In this document: piece after piece, positions 18,928-26,706 of the stretch
How the letters are laid out: the number at the start of each line of letters is the position of its first letter
Position numbering within the stretch: position 1 is the stretch's first letter
Origin: a virus
Taxonomy: Duplodnaviria > Caudoviricetes
Virus record (IMG/VR): IMGVR_UViG_3300032782_000002
Strand: one strand, 5' to 3'
DNA: 64,000 nt
Program-made: the position numbers and the translations under genes
Notes under the pieces: model-generated
Database searches by the model: none
Told to the model about the DNA's origin: nothing
Seen by the model: the letters and a program-made list of their open reading frames with translations, nothing else

Positions 18928-19842
18928 CTACTTGCGAATGTTGTTGTTGTTGTGGGTTGGTCTTGTGCTTGTCGTGCTTGTCGTTTTCGCAGCGACGGGA
19001 GGCCGTGCCGGAGTGCCGTTGCTCTTCGCAGCGGTGGCGGGCGCCGTCGTGCCGTTGGTCTTGATCTTGGGCCTGAAGGCCCCGGGGATGGACAGCTTGT
19101 CCATCAGCACCGCGAAGTCGGCGGGGATCTCGGAGGCGCCGCGGTAGCCGCGCACGCCGGGGCCCGTCGCACCCTGGGGCGTCGTCACGAAGACGCGCTG
19201 CCCCTGGTCGTTCATCTGCATCCAGAGCTTGTGGGGGAACATGCCATGGACGATGGCGCGCATCTCCTTGTTGGGGAGCATGGGCACCTTGTCGGGGCCG
19301 CCGCGCTTGGCCGCGTCGCCGACGTCCATATAGTGGCTCACGACCACGACGTGGCAGGGCAGGTTGAGCAGCTGGTAGATGATCTGGCGCGCGCGCTTGG
19401 TCGCTTCGGGATGCGCACGGCGGCCGTCCTCGTTGCCGTCCTTGGTCTTGGTCCAGCCGAACGCCTGGTCGGTGAGGCGGTCCGCCCAGAAGTTGAACGG
19501 GTCGACCACGAGGCTCGCGATCTCTCCAGCGTCGGCGGCGACGCGCGCTTCCTGCACCGCCTTGAGCATGCTCTCGTAGGTGCCGACGCTCTGGAAGCTC
19601 AGCACCTTGTCGATGTCGCGTTCCGACAGCCCCTCGTCCTCGCGCATGGCGACACGCGCGTAGTCGAGCGAGCTGTCGCTCTCGCAGAGCAGGACACCGA
19701 CCGGGCGAGGCACGGTGCAGACCGCCACGGTCGTCTTTCCGATTCCTGCCGAGCCCAACAGGAGAGCTTTGACACGAACCGTTTTCTCCAGCGCACTCGC
19801 GGGCTGGAAGGGCATCGGGACCTTCTTTCTCGCATCCGTCAC
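18928..19842 (-). CDS. AAA_24/Sak4-like P-loop NTPase
   Basis: GSAGIGKT, SLVVDP, HVVVVSH. Confidence 0.75.
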   Translation of the reverse strand: MTDARKKVPMPFQPASALEKTVRVKALLLGSAGIGKTTVAVCTVPRPVGVLLCESDSSLDYARVAMREDEGLSERDIDKVLSFQSVGTYESMLKAVQEARVAADAGEIASLVVDPFNFWADRLTDQAFGWTKTKDGNEDGRRAHPEATKRARQIIYQLLNLPCHVVVVSHYMDVGDAAKRGGPDKVPMLPNKEMRAIVHGMFPHKLWMQMNDQGQRVFVTTPQGATGPGVRGYRGASEIPADFAVLMDKLSIPGAFRPKIKTNGTTAPATAAKSNGTPARPPVAAKTTSTTSTRPTHNNNNIRK

Positions 19843-19886
19843 CCACCTCGACTGGGGCTGACAGACACGTCGTGACTGGGAGAGCG

Positions 19887-19915
19887 ACCCTATCGGTTCG
19901 AGCCCAGCCGGTCAA
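19887..19915 (-). promoter_or_regulatory. Sigma70-like promoter for the replication operon
   Basis: TTGACC-17 nt-TAGGGT with A/T-rich upstream stretch. Confidence 0.55.
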
Positions 19916-20180
19916 CTAAAAAGTAGTGCTCGCCGTGACGATCTTGTCGAGGCGATCTGGTTGACGGTGTGGCGCGCGTGTGCTGCGCGGCTGGATAGGG
20001 GCTATCGCTGCGTGATCGCTAACCTACCGCAGTCCAGTCGATGAGGCGCTCGATCACTCGACGAACGTGCCGTAGTGGTGAGGTGCCGTGCGCCGGGCAT
20101 CGCGGGGAAGTCGGGGCCGGCAGGAGCGGACACGTGCAGTGCGGTCTTCCAAGCCAGCTCTTGAAGGACATTGCAGCCGC

Positions 20181-20987
20181 CTAAGTCGATGCGCGCGCAG
20201 CACGTTGAGCACGGTACTGGCGATGCTTCGCTGTGTTGGCCGCTCGGCAGAGCTGGCATCGACACCCATTCGTGTACATCCGGAGTCGTCCATGCGCTGT
20301 GACTCTTGGCACCGCGGGCGCCAAAGGGCCTCCGACATGTGTCCATGCTGCGCCGATGCAGACCTGGCGTACGGTCGTGCGGTGCACACCACAGGTGCCT
20401 GCGATGGTCTCGTACGACTCACCTGCTGCGTGACGTCTGCGCATGTTCAAAACAATCTCGTCGCTGATCTTCGCGCAGCCGTTAGCGCTCCCACGAGCTG
20501 GCGTTCTCGCCAGACGCAGTCGGTGAGCACGCGTGTACGGCCCTGCTGCAGATCGAACCGGACGGGTACCCCAATCGCCCAACAGACCGCTCTCACGCGC
20601 TCGCCGCATACCTTCCGCGACTACCAGCCATGCGGCATAGGGCATTGTGCCGCGTACGATGTTGCAGCGCAGACAGGATGGAACCACGTTGTTCTGCGTG
20701 TGCGCGAGTGCGTGGTCGATGCGATCTAGCGTCATGCACGATGGGTTGGGGTCGCCGCAGTAACTGCACGGCTGGACTATCAACCTGTGTACAAAGTCGA
20801 GTGTAAGGTCGGTTCCGGGACGTCCAGCTTTACGATCGCTGCCGCGCGCGTTGCGGACGATCGCACGCTCGCGAAAGTCGAGATCCTCGCGGTCGCGGCA
20901 TCGTTTACACAGGCGGCGGCGTGCGCTTGGACTGAGCGGCGCGCCGCAGCGGCACGTTGAGGGCTGGTGGGGAGTCGAACCGACCAC
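20181..20987 (-). CDS. HNH endonuclease with zinc-finger and HTH domains (start uncertain)
   Basis: CSYCG...TLDRID...HTQNNVVPSCLRCN; HTH YETIAGTCGVHRTTV; atypical codon usage. Confidence 0.7.
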   Translation of the reverse strand: MVGSTPHQPSTCRCGAPLSPSARRRLCKRCRDREDLDFRERAIVRNARGSDRKAGRPGTDLTLDFVHRLIVQPCSYCGDPNPSCMTLDRIDHALAHTQNNVVPSCLRCNIVRGTMPYAAWLVVAEGMRRARESGLLGDWGTRPVRSAAGPYTRAHRLRLARTPARGSANGCAKISDEIVLNMRRRHAAGESYETIAGTCGVHRTTVRQVCIGAAWTHVGGPLAPAVPRVTAHGRLRMYTNGCRCQLCRAANTAKHRQYRAQRAARAST

Positions 20988-21045
20988 TTCGATGCTCTGC
21001 GCACGTATCCGAACCACGAGGCAACCACCATCGCGGCCAGCCCTC
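20959..21045 (-). ncRNA. tRNA-like structure with irregular anticodon arm
   Basis: Closing stem GAGGGCTG/CAGCCCTC; D-like arm GCGA-TGGTGG-TTGC; T-like loop TTCGACT. Confidence 0.45.
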
Positions 21046-21052
21046 TTGGAGG

Positions 21053-21397
21053 CTAGAGTGCAGCCTGAGATAGTGTCAAGCCAGCCGTTTTGAGCATCCC
21101 TCGGATGGTGATGCCGTCGTCGGGCTCGCCCCAGCGGGCCCACTGCGACGGCGGCTTGACGGGGCCCCAGAATCCCTCCTCGATGAAGGCCCAGCACAGA
21201 AAGTTCTCGGCGATGTCGCCGTAGCGGAGTTTGCGCTCGGCGTCCGGATCGCAGGCGATCACCGCCTCTTGCGCGAGCGGCTCGCCGCGACGGAGCGTCC
21301 ATGTGTCCTCGTAGACCTGCCTGGCGGCGCACCAGATGAAGCACTCGATGACGGACGTGCCCCAGCTGCTTTTGAAGCCTGCTACACCGACGAACAT
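21053..21397 (-). CDS. Hypothetical protein
   Basis: ATG with RBS-like GGGG. Confidence 0.5.
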   Translation of the reverse strand: MFVGVAGFKSSWGTSVIECFIWCAARQVYEDTWTLRRGEPLAQEAVIACDPDAERKLRYGDIAENFLCWAFIEEGFWGPVKPPSQWARWGEPDDGITIRGMLKTAGLTLSQAAL

Positions 21398-21410
21398 CGC
21401 CCGCCCCTTT

Positions 21411-21914
21411 TCAAGACGGACGGCCCGCAGCCGCGAGCGTGTCCAGCTCGCGCCACATTGGGCAGTCGTCGGAGTGCGGGTAGAGCGCGCCTTTGAAGTC
21501 GAGGTACTCGCGCTGGTACATCACGAGCAGCTCGGGGTTGTTCTTGAGCGATGCGCGCATGTTGGCGATGCGATCGGCGAGCTTGAGCGGGATGGCGGCG
21601 GGCTGTGCGCGCAGCCGCTGGTAGACCATCTCGTTTCGTTCACGGCGATTCTTGCCCGGCCCGTTGGTGACGCTCGCGACGAGCATGGCGACCTGCTGGC
21701 CGAAGGCGGCCTGTAGCTGCTTGAAGGTGGTCTTGGTGTCTTCGAGCGTGTCGTGCAGCCACGCCGCTACGAGCACGTCGCCGGTGTAGCGGTACTCGGC
21801 GAGCACCGAGCGCACCGCGGCGAGATGGACGATGTAGGGCTCCTGCCCGTACTTCTGAGCGCCGTGCGCGTGCTGCGCGAAGGCGCGGGCTCTGTCTTCG
21901 AACGGTGTGATCAT
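21411..21914 (-). CDS. HD-domain hydrolase, small alarmone hydrolase/Mesh1-like
   Basis: AHGAQKYGQEPYIVHL, AAWLHDTLEDT, KLADRIAN. Confidence 0.85.
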   Translation of the reverse strand: MITPFEDRARAFAQHAHGAQKYGQEPYIVHLAAVRSVLAEYRYTGDVLVAAWLHDTLEDTKTTFKQLQAAFGQQVAMLVASVTNGPGKNRRERNEMVYQRLRAQPAAIPLKLADRIANMRASLKNNPELLVMYQREYLDFKGALYPHSDDCPMWRELDTLAAAGRPS

Positions 21915-22375
21915 CGCGAGCCTCGGGAGATACGGCTGCCCGCGTCGCGCACGAGCGCCGCGTAGTCGGCCAGGGGCATGTACATGCGGATGGCGCGGTC
22001 GCCGCGGATGACGGCGGCCATGACGCGGTGGTTGCCGTCGGCGACGTAGCCCTTGGCGATGCGACGACGCTGGGCGAACTTGCCGTACTTGGCGATCCCC
22101 GGGGGCAAGGGGCCGGGACGCATCGCGTAGGCCCTCGCCCGCGAGATCCGGGGCGCCCCGGACTCCGCCGCCGTCTGGTAGTTGAGCGCGGCGATGGGCA
22201 CGTACGCCAGGATCCAGTCGCTGTCGGCGCGCACGACATGGCTGCTCATGGCCTCGTCGGGCGCCTTGCCGTGCTGGCCGCGCGTGAAGACGACAGCGTA
22301 GCGGCGCGCGACGTGGTTGCGGCTGACGCGCTGGATGGCGAGGAACCGACTTCGGTGCTCGGGAGGCGTCATCAC
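21911..22375 (-). CDS. ParB/Srx-like domain protein
   Basis: VADGNHRVMAA motif. Confidence 0.5.
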   Translation of the reverse strand: MMTPPEHRSRFLAIQRVSRNHVARRYAVVFTRGQHGKAPDEAMSSHVVRADSDWILAYVPIAALNYQTAAESGAPRISRARAYAMRPGPLPPGIAKYGKFAQRRRIAKGYVADGNHRVMAAVIRGDRAIRMYMPLADYAALVRDAGSRISRGSR

Positions 22376-22803
22376 GAGGCGCGATCCGCCCAGAGGTAGC
22401 CGCGGCTCGCGAAGGCGCGCGTCTGGACCTTGAGGATCCGGATCGCCCTGGGGTCGACGACCATGATGCCGTAGTCGGGCCAGCCGGGGCTCATGTCCAC
22501 GCCGGCCGCGCCCAGCCGCTTGGCCATGCGGATGTGACGCTGCATCGCGGCGACCATGCCCTCACCAGGGCGCGCCTGGTAGGGGATCAGCTTGCCGCTC
22601 AGGCGCAGCGTGATGAGCGCGGGTCCGTAGGCGCGCGTGGCGGTGGGCTTGCGCGGCGTGACGAAGACGGCGCGGAAGAACGTGCCGCCCATGCCCGGCG
22701 CGTCGGTGCGGGAGTGGCTGGCTCGCGCGGGCACACGAAAGCCGCCCGCGGCGATCAACCGCGCGAAGCGAGGGCTCGTCGTGTGGTACGCGAGCACGCT
22801 CAC
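22372..22803 (-). CDS. Putative ADP-ribosyltransferase-fold protein
   Basis: AYHTT...IAAGGF...AVFVT...AYG pattern. Confidence 0.45.
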   Translation of the reverse strand: MSVLAYHTTSPRFARLIAAGGFRVPARASHSRTDAPGMGGTFFRAVFVTPRKPTATRAYGPALITLRLSGKLIPYQARPGEGMVAAMQRHIRMAKRLGAAGVDMSPGWPDYGIMVVDPRAIRILKVQTRAFASRGYLWADRAS

Positions 22804-23042
22804 GGATAGGTGTAGCCGAGGGCCTTGCGCACGCGGATGACGAGTTTCGGATCGCGCTGGCCCTGCGCGGCGCGGGCGGCCATCGAAAGGCGCGCGGCCT
22901 GCTGACAGATCCCGTCGGCGAGGCTCTCGATGAGGCGCGCGTCCTTGGCGGAGATCCCGCTGTACTGCTCGACCTGCGTGATGACGTGGACGAGCACGGT
23001 GCCGACGCGCTCCATCGCCTTGCGGACGTTGATGTTGGCCAT
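22800..23042 (-). CDS. Hypothetical protein
   Basis: Coupled ORF. Confidence 0.55.
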   Translation of the reverse strand: MANINVRKAMERVGTVLVHVITQVEQYSGISAKDARLIESLADGICQQAARLSMAARAAQGQRDPKLVIRVRKALGYTYP

Positions 23043-23052
23043 GCGGCTGAGT

Positions 23053-23436
23053 CTACCTCGGCCGAGCCCGGCGCGCCCAGGGGCTCGTGCAGGGCTTGTG
23101 CGCCCAGTTCTCGGAGTGCCAGGGGCCGTAATGGGAGTGGCGAACGGCCAGGGCGAGCGCCTGCTCGGGGGTGTACCGGACGCAGTCGAGCGGGCGGTAC
23201 CGGCGGTAGAACGCCGCGATGGTCATCGGGCGCTCTTCGCGGTGCTGCCAGTCCATCGCGCGACCGCCCCTGGTCTCGATCCAGGCGTGCGCGTAGGTCT
23301 GACCGGCGAGGGGACCTCGGGGGTGATGCACCCAGCCGTGCACGACGGCGATGGGGTGGGACGTCGGCGCGCGGAGCCACTGGGCGGCGTAGCGCACCGC
23401 CCACGGATAGCACTGGCCCTGCGGCGCGAAGCTCAA
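23053..23436 (-). CDS. Papain/transglutaminase-like fold protein
   Basis: GQCY...VVHG...HAWIE...D putative Cys-His-Asp triad; TTG start. Confidence 0.5.
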   Translation of the reverse strand: MSFAPQGQCYPWAVRYAAQWLRAPTSHPIAVVHGWVHHPRGPLAGQTYAHAWIETRGGRAMDWQHREERPMTIAAFYRRYRPLDCVRYTPEQALALAVRHSHYGPWHSENWAHKPCTSPWARRARPR

Positions 23437-23440
23437 CCGA

Positions 23441-24268
23441 TCAGCCCGCCGGGGAGTAGGTCGCACCCAGATCGATGGGGGCCGCGGGGATCGAAGTGGC
23501 GTGCTTGTACGCCTCCACCTCGAACTCCACCTCCACCCAGCGATCGTGGGGCCCGAGGTTGCGAAAGCACACCGCGATGTCCTGCCAGGCCGAGGCGCAC
23601 TCCATCTTGGCACCGAGATCGAAGCCGTCCTTGAACAGCTCCACGGCGATCTGGTCGCAGTTGATGAACTGGCTGCGGTTGCCGAACTTGATCTCGCAGA
23701 GCTTGACGTCGAACTCGGAGTCGGACCGCACCGTCAGCTTGCGTGGGCGGCACATGAACGGTGCGCGCTCGGTGACGTTGACCCAGGAGAGACCCGTGCT
23801 GCCCCGGATGATCTCGCGGCGCTGCTTGCGCGGAGTCGGCATGCCGACTTGCATCGCCATGATGTTCGATCCGTACGCGACGTCCTTGGCGATCAGCACG
23901 GGCTCCACCAGCGCGACGGCGGCGGAGTCGTTGACCACTTCGAGCGCGAAGCACTCGGCGATGCCGACGACGTGATCCTTGAGCGCCTCCAGAGACACGA
24001 CGGGCCCGTTGCGGTCGATGGTCACGGTGCGGTAGCACTCGCCGTCCGGGCTCTCCGGATCGGCGACGAACGCGCGCGTCACGCGCAGCGGTGCGTCCGT
24101 CGACGAGAGCAGCCGCAGCTCGGCGGGCTGGAAGAGTCCCATCGGCTGGGCGAGAAAGATGCGACTGCTGCGAGGCTCGATCGGTGTGACGAAGGGCGCG
24201 TCGGGATCGCGCTGCTGCGCAACGGGGTGGATGGCTCCGAACTTGAGCTGGCGCTTGATGGTGGTCAT
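23441..24268 (-). CDS. Hypothetical protein
   Basis: 275 aa ORF with good codon usage. Confidence 0.65.
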   Translation of the reverse strand: MTTIKRQLKFGAIHPVAQQRDPDAPFVTPIEPRSSRIFLAQPMGLFQPAELRLLSSTDAPLRVTRAFVADPESPDGECYRTVTIDRNGPVVSLEALKDHVVGIAECFALEVVNDSAAVALVEPVLIAKDVAYGSNIMAMQVGMPTPRKQRREIIRGSTGLSWVNVTERAPFMCRPRKLTVRSDSEFDVKLCEIKFGNRSQFINCDQIAVELFKDGFDLGAKMECASAWQDIAVCFRNLGPHDRWVEVEFEVEAYKHATSIPAAPIDLGATYSPAG

Positions 24269-24280
24269 ATCAGGAGCCTA

Positions 24281-24916
24281 TCAGCTCTTGACGACTCTGC
24301 CGATGACGATCCGAGCGCGCTTGCTCGGACGTGTGGTGAGGAAGCCCTTGCCGATTGCGCGCGAGTAGCGAACGGGTGTCTTGAACTGACGGGCGGTGAT
24401 GTCGAGGATCTCGCCGCGCGGTCCGACTAGGAACCAGTGCGGCTGGCCCTCGTGGCGGACGAACATGGGCTGCCAACCGGCGCGCTTGCCGCCCAGCAGG
24501 TGGTAGGCGGCCTCGGAGGCGATGTAGCAGTGGCCGGTCATCGGATCGCACCGGCGGGCGAGCACACGCGAGCGCCAGGGCTCCTTGAGCAAGTCGGGGC
24601 TCAGGGCGGTGCGCACACGAAGCGCTACGGCTTGGGGATCGCGGGGCACGACTAGAGCTTCTTGCGCAGCGACGCCACGATGCGCTCGTGTGTCGAGAGT
24701 GCCTTGGCCTCGTCGTAGGTGCGCGCCGAGCTTCGTCCGGCGGATGACTCGGCGCCACTCCTCGTCGCCCCAGTCCTCACGGCGCCAGCGGCTCTTGCGC
24801 TCTTTGGCCTTGCGCTCGCCGGGCTCGAAGCGACTGCCGCGCACGCCCGCGAGGATCATGGCGCGCGCGACGCCGCTGCGGGGCTTCGGCGCCTTCTTGT
24901 GCTTGCGACTTGCCAC
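24281..24916 (-). CDS. Papain-like fold protein with basic N-terminus (alternative start 24649)
   Basis: GHCYIASEA...HWFL...ILDIT putative Cys-His-Asp triad. Confidence 0.5.
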   Translation of the reverse strand: MASRKHKKAPKPRSGVARAMILAGVRGSRFEPGERKAKERKSRWRREDWGDEEWRRVIRRTKLGAHLRRGQGTLDTRAHRGVAAQEALVVPRDPQAVALRVRTALSPDLLKEPWRSRVLARRCDPMTGHCYIASEAAYHLLGGKRAGWQPMFVRHEGQPHWFLVGPRGEILDITARQFKTPVRYSRAIGKGFLTTRPSKRARIVIGRVVKS

Positions 24917-24925
24917 GGGCGACTC

Positions 24926-25234
24926 CTAGCGACGGCGCGTGCGCGTGCGGTTGGCGAGCGCCCGAGGCCGTGCGTGGGCGCTGGTTTCGTTGAAGTCGTC
25001 GGCGATCTCCTCCCAGTCCACCTTGGCGTAGGCGCGAGCGCGGCCTCGGCTGCGGTAATCGGGGGTCCCGTCCGGGAACATGGTCATCGCCAGCGCCTTG
25101 GCCGTCGCCGCCGTGAAGGGCCGCTGCCGCCCGTAGTGGAGGACGGTCTTGTAGAGGTCCTCGTGGTTGTTGATCCAGAGGGCGAGGTTCCAGGTCTCGT
25201 AGTTCTTCCAACCGTTGTACTTCGCCATCGCCAA
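24926..25234 (-). CDS. Phage hypothetical protein
   Basis: YNGWKNYETWNLALWINN; GGAG RBS. Confidence 0.65.
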   Translation of the reverse strand: MAMAKYNGWKNYETWNLALWINNHEDLYKTVLHYGRQRPFTAATAKALAMTMFPDGTPDYRSRGRARAYAKVDWEEIADDFNETSAHARPRALANRTRTRRR

Positions 25235-25237
25235 CTC

Positions 25238-25591
25238 CTACATCGTGCCGCCGAACGTGATCGTGAACAGCCAGTTGACGGCCAGCGGCACGATCAGGCC
25301 GACCGCCACGCTCGGCCCGAGCGCGAGGCCGAAGCCGATGTGCGCGATGGCTCCGACCACGACGGCCGTCGGGATGTAGATCTCCGCGTCGGCGACGTAC
25401 TGCCGCATGGCGGTGGACGCGCAGTAGTCGCACGGGCCGTACGTCGGTGTCTGGCCGTCGGCCGACCAGGACAGGGCGCATTGCTGGTGGACGGCGAAGT
25501 GCCCCCAACCCCGCTGGGCGATGCAGTCGGCGTCGGTGAGCTTCGTGGGCGTCTGGGCCGGCGGGGCCTGGCCGATGTGAACGTGCTGCAT
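25238..25591 (-). CDS. Membrane protein
   Basis: C-terminal hydrophobic helices; GAGGAG RBS. Confidence 0.6.
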   Translation of the reverse strand: MQHVHIGQAPPAQTPTKLTDADCIAQRGWGHFAVHQQCALSWSADGQTPTYGPCDYCASTAMRQYVADAEIYIPTAVVVGAIAHIGFGLALGPSVAVGLIVPLAVNWLFTITFGGTM

Positions 25592-25597
25592 GGCTCC

Positions 25598-25960
25598 TCA
25601 GGTGATGGCGCCGATGACTTCGTAGCGGCCGGTGTTCTCCATCTTGTGCCAGGTGATCCAGAGGCGCACCGGCAGCTCGCGGCCGTGCAGGCGAAGCGGC
25701 CAGCTGGCGCGCCCCTGCCGGCCGGTGAGGATGCAGGCGCGCTCCTCGGGATCGATCTCGATGCCGGTCTTCTCGACGGCCGCGTAGATGGCGTCGAGCG
25801 GGATCGAGTGGAAGTAGGTGGGCTTGAGTGTCCGGTGGACGTTGTCGTTGGCGGCGCGCAGCGCGGCACGCAGCTGCTTGGCAGCGAGGGCTCGCGAGGC
25901 GCGGGTGGCGGCCTGCACGAGCGGCTCGTCGCTGCTGTTGGCGTAGCGGCGGCGACGCAT
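25598..25960 (-). CDS. Hypothetical protein
   Basis: Good codon usage. Confidence 0.6.
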   Translation of the reverse strand: MRRRRYANSSDEPLVQAATRASRALAAKQLRAALRAANDNVHRTLKPTYFHSIPLDAIYAAVEKTGIEIDPEERACILTGRQGRASWPLRLHGRELPVRLWITWHKMENTGRYEVIGAIT

Positions 25961-25963
25961 GGT

Positions 25964-26413
25964 TCAGCCGTTGTTGAGGAGCATGGCCGTCGCGTAGTCG
26001 AGCACCCCGTCGGTGCGCAGCTGCGCGGGGAAGTCGGCGGGGAAGTCCGTGGGCCAGCCACGCTTCTTGCCGGGGTTCGCGAGATCGGGGCCGTTGGCCT
26101 CGGCGTTGGCGCCGATCTGGATGGCGGAGAGCGCGGCGACCCAGCGGGGATTCTGGGGGTTGCCGTCGACCTCTCCGGCCGTCCACATGTTGATCGCCAG
26201 CGGCGTCGGGAAGTTCGCGATGTCCTCCTGCGTGAGCTTGGAGAGCATGTCGGCCAGCAGACCCTGGTAGTAGCGGACGGTCGGCGCGTCCGTGATGGGG
26301 GTCGTGATGCTGGCGCCCGGCGGCGGGGAAGCCGGGGACGGCTTGGTGGACACGCGACGGTCGAGCCAGACGAGCCCGACAACAAGGGCGATGGCGGCGG
26401 CGATGGGCCACAT
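25964..26413 (-). CDS. Membrane-anchored protein
   Basis: N-terminal TM segment MWPIAAAIALVVGLVWL. Confidence 0.6.
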   Translation of the reverse strand: MWPIAAAIALVVGLVWLDRRVSTKPSPASPPPGASITTPITDAPTVRYYQGLLADMLSKLTQEDIANFPTPLAINMWTAGEVDGNPQNPRWVAALSAIQIGANAEANGPDLANPGKKRGWPTDFPADFPAQLRTDGVLDYATAMLLNNG

Positions 26414-26706
26414 GGCGAATGTACCTCTACGCCTGAGCCTACCAGGAGCCTGGCAGAACCACAAAAGAAGACCGCCGCGCACGAGGTGTCGAGGTTCGTG
26501 CGCGGCGGCGGCCCCTCTGAGCCTATGTAGTCCCGTTACAGACCAACCAGTCACGGATGCTCGCACCGGGCGCCGGTGGGACCGGGTGCGAACCTGGGAT
26601 GAAGGCTGTCATGGTTGCCGCGACGGGTCAATAGAAACTTGATTGGTTGCCTTGCGGCTGTGGTGGTTGTCGTGCTAGCGGCGCCGCACATGTGGGGTGC
26701 AGCTGA

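Noticed and set aside
26550-26706. Possible further array units
   Set aside because: Only fragmentary repeat-like words without the 36-nt register; may be decayed units but cannot be supported.
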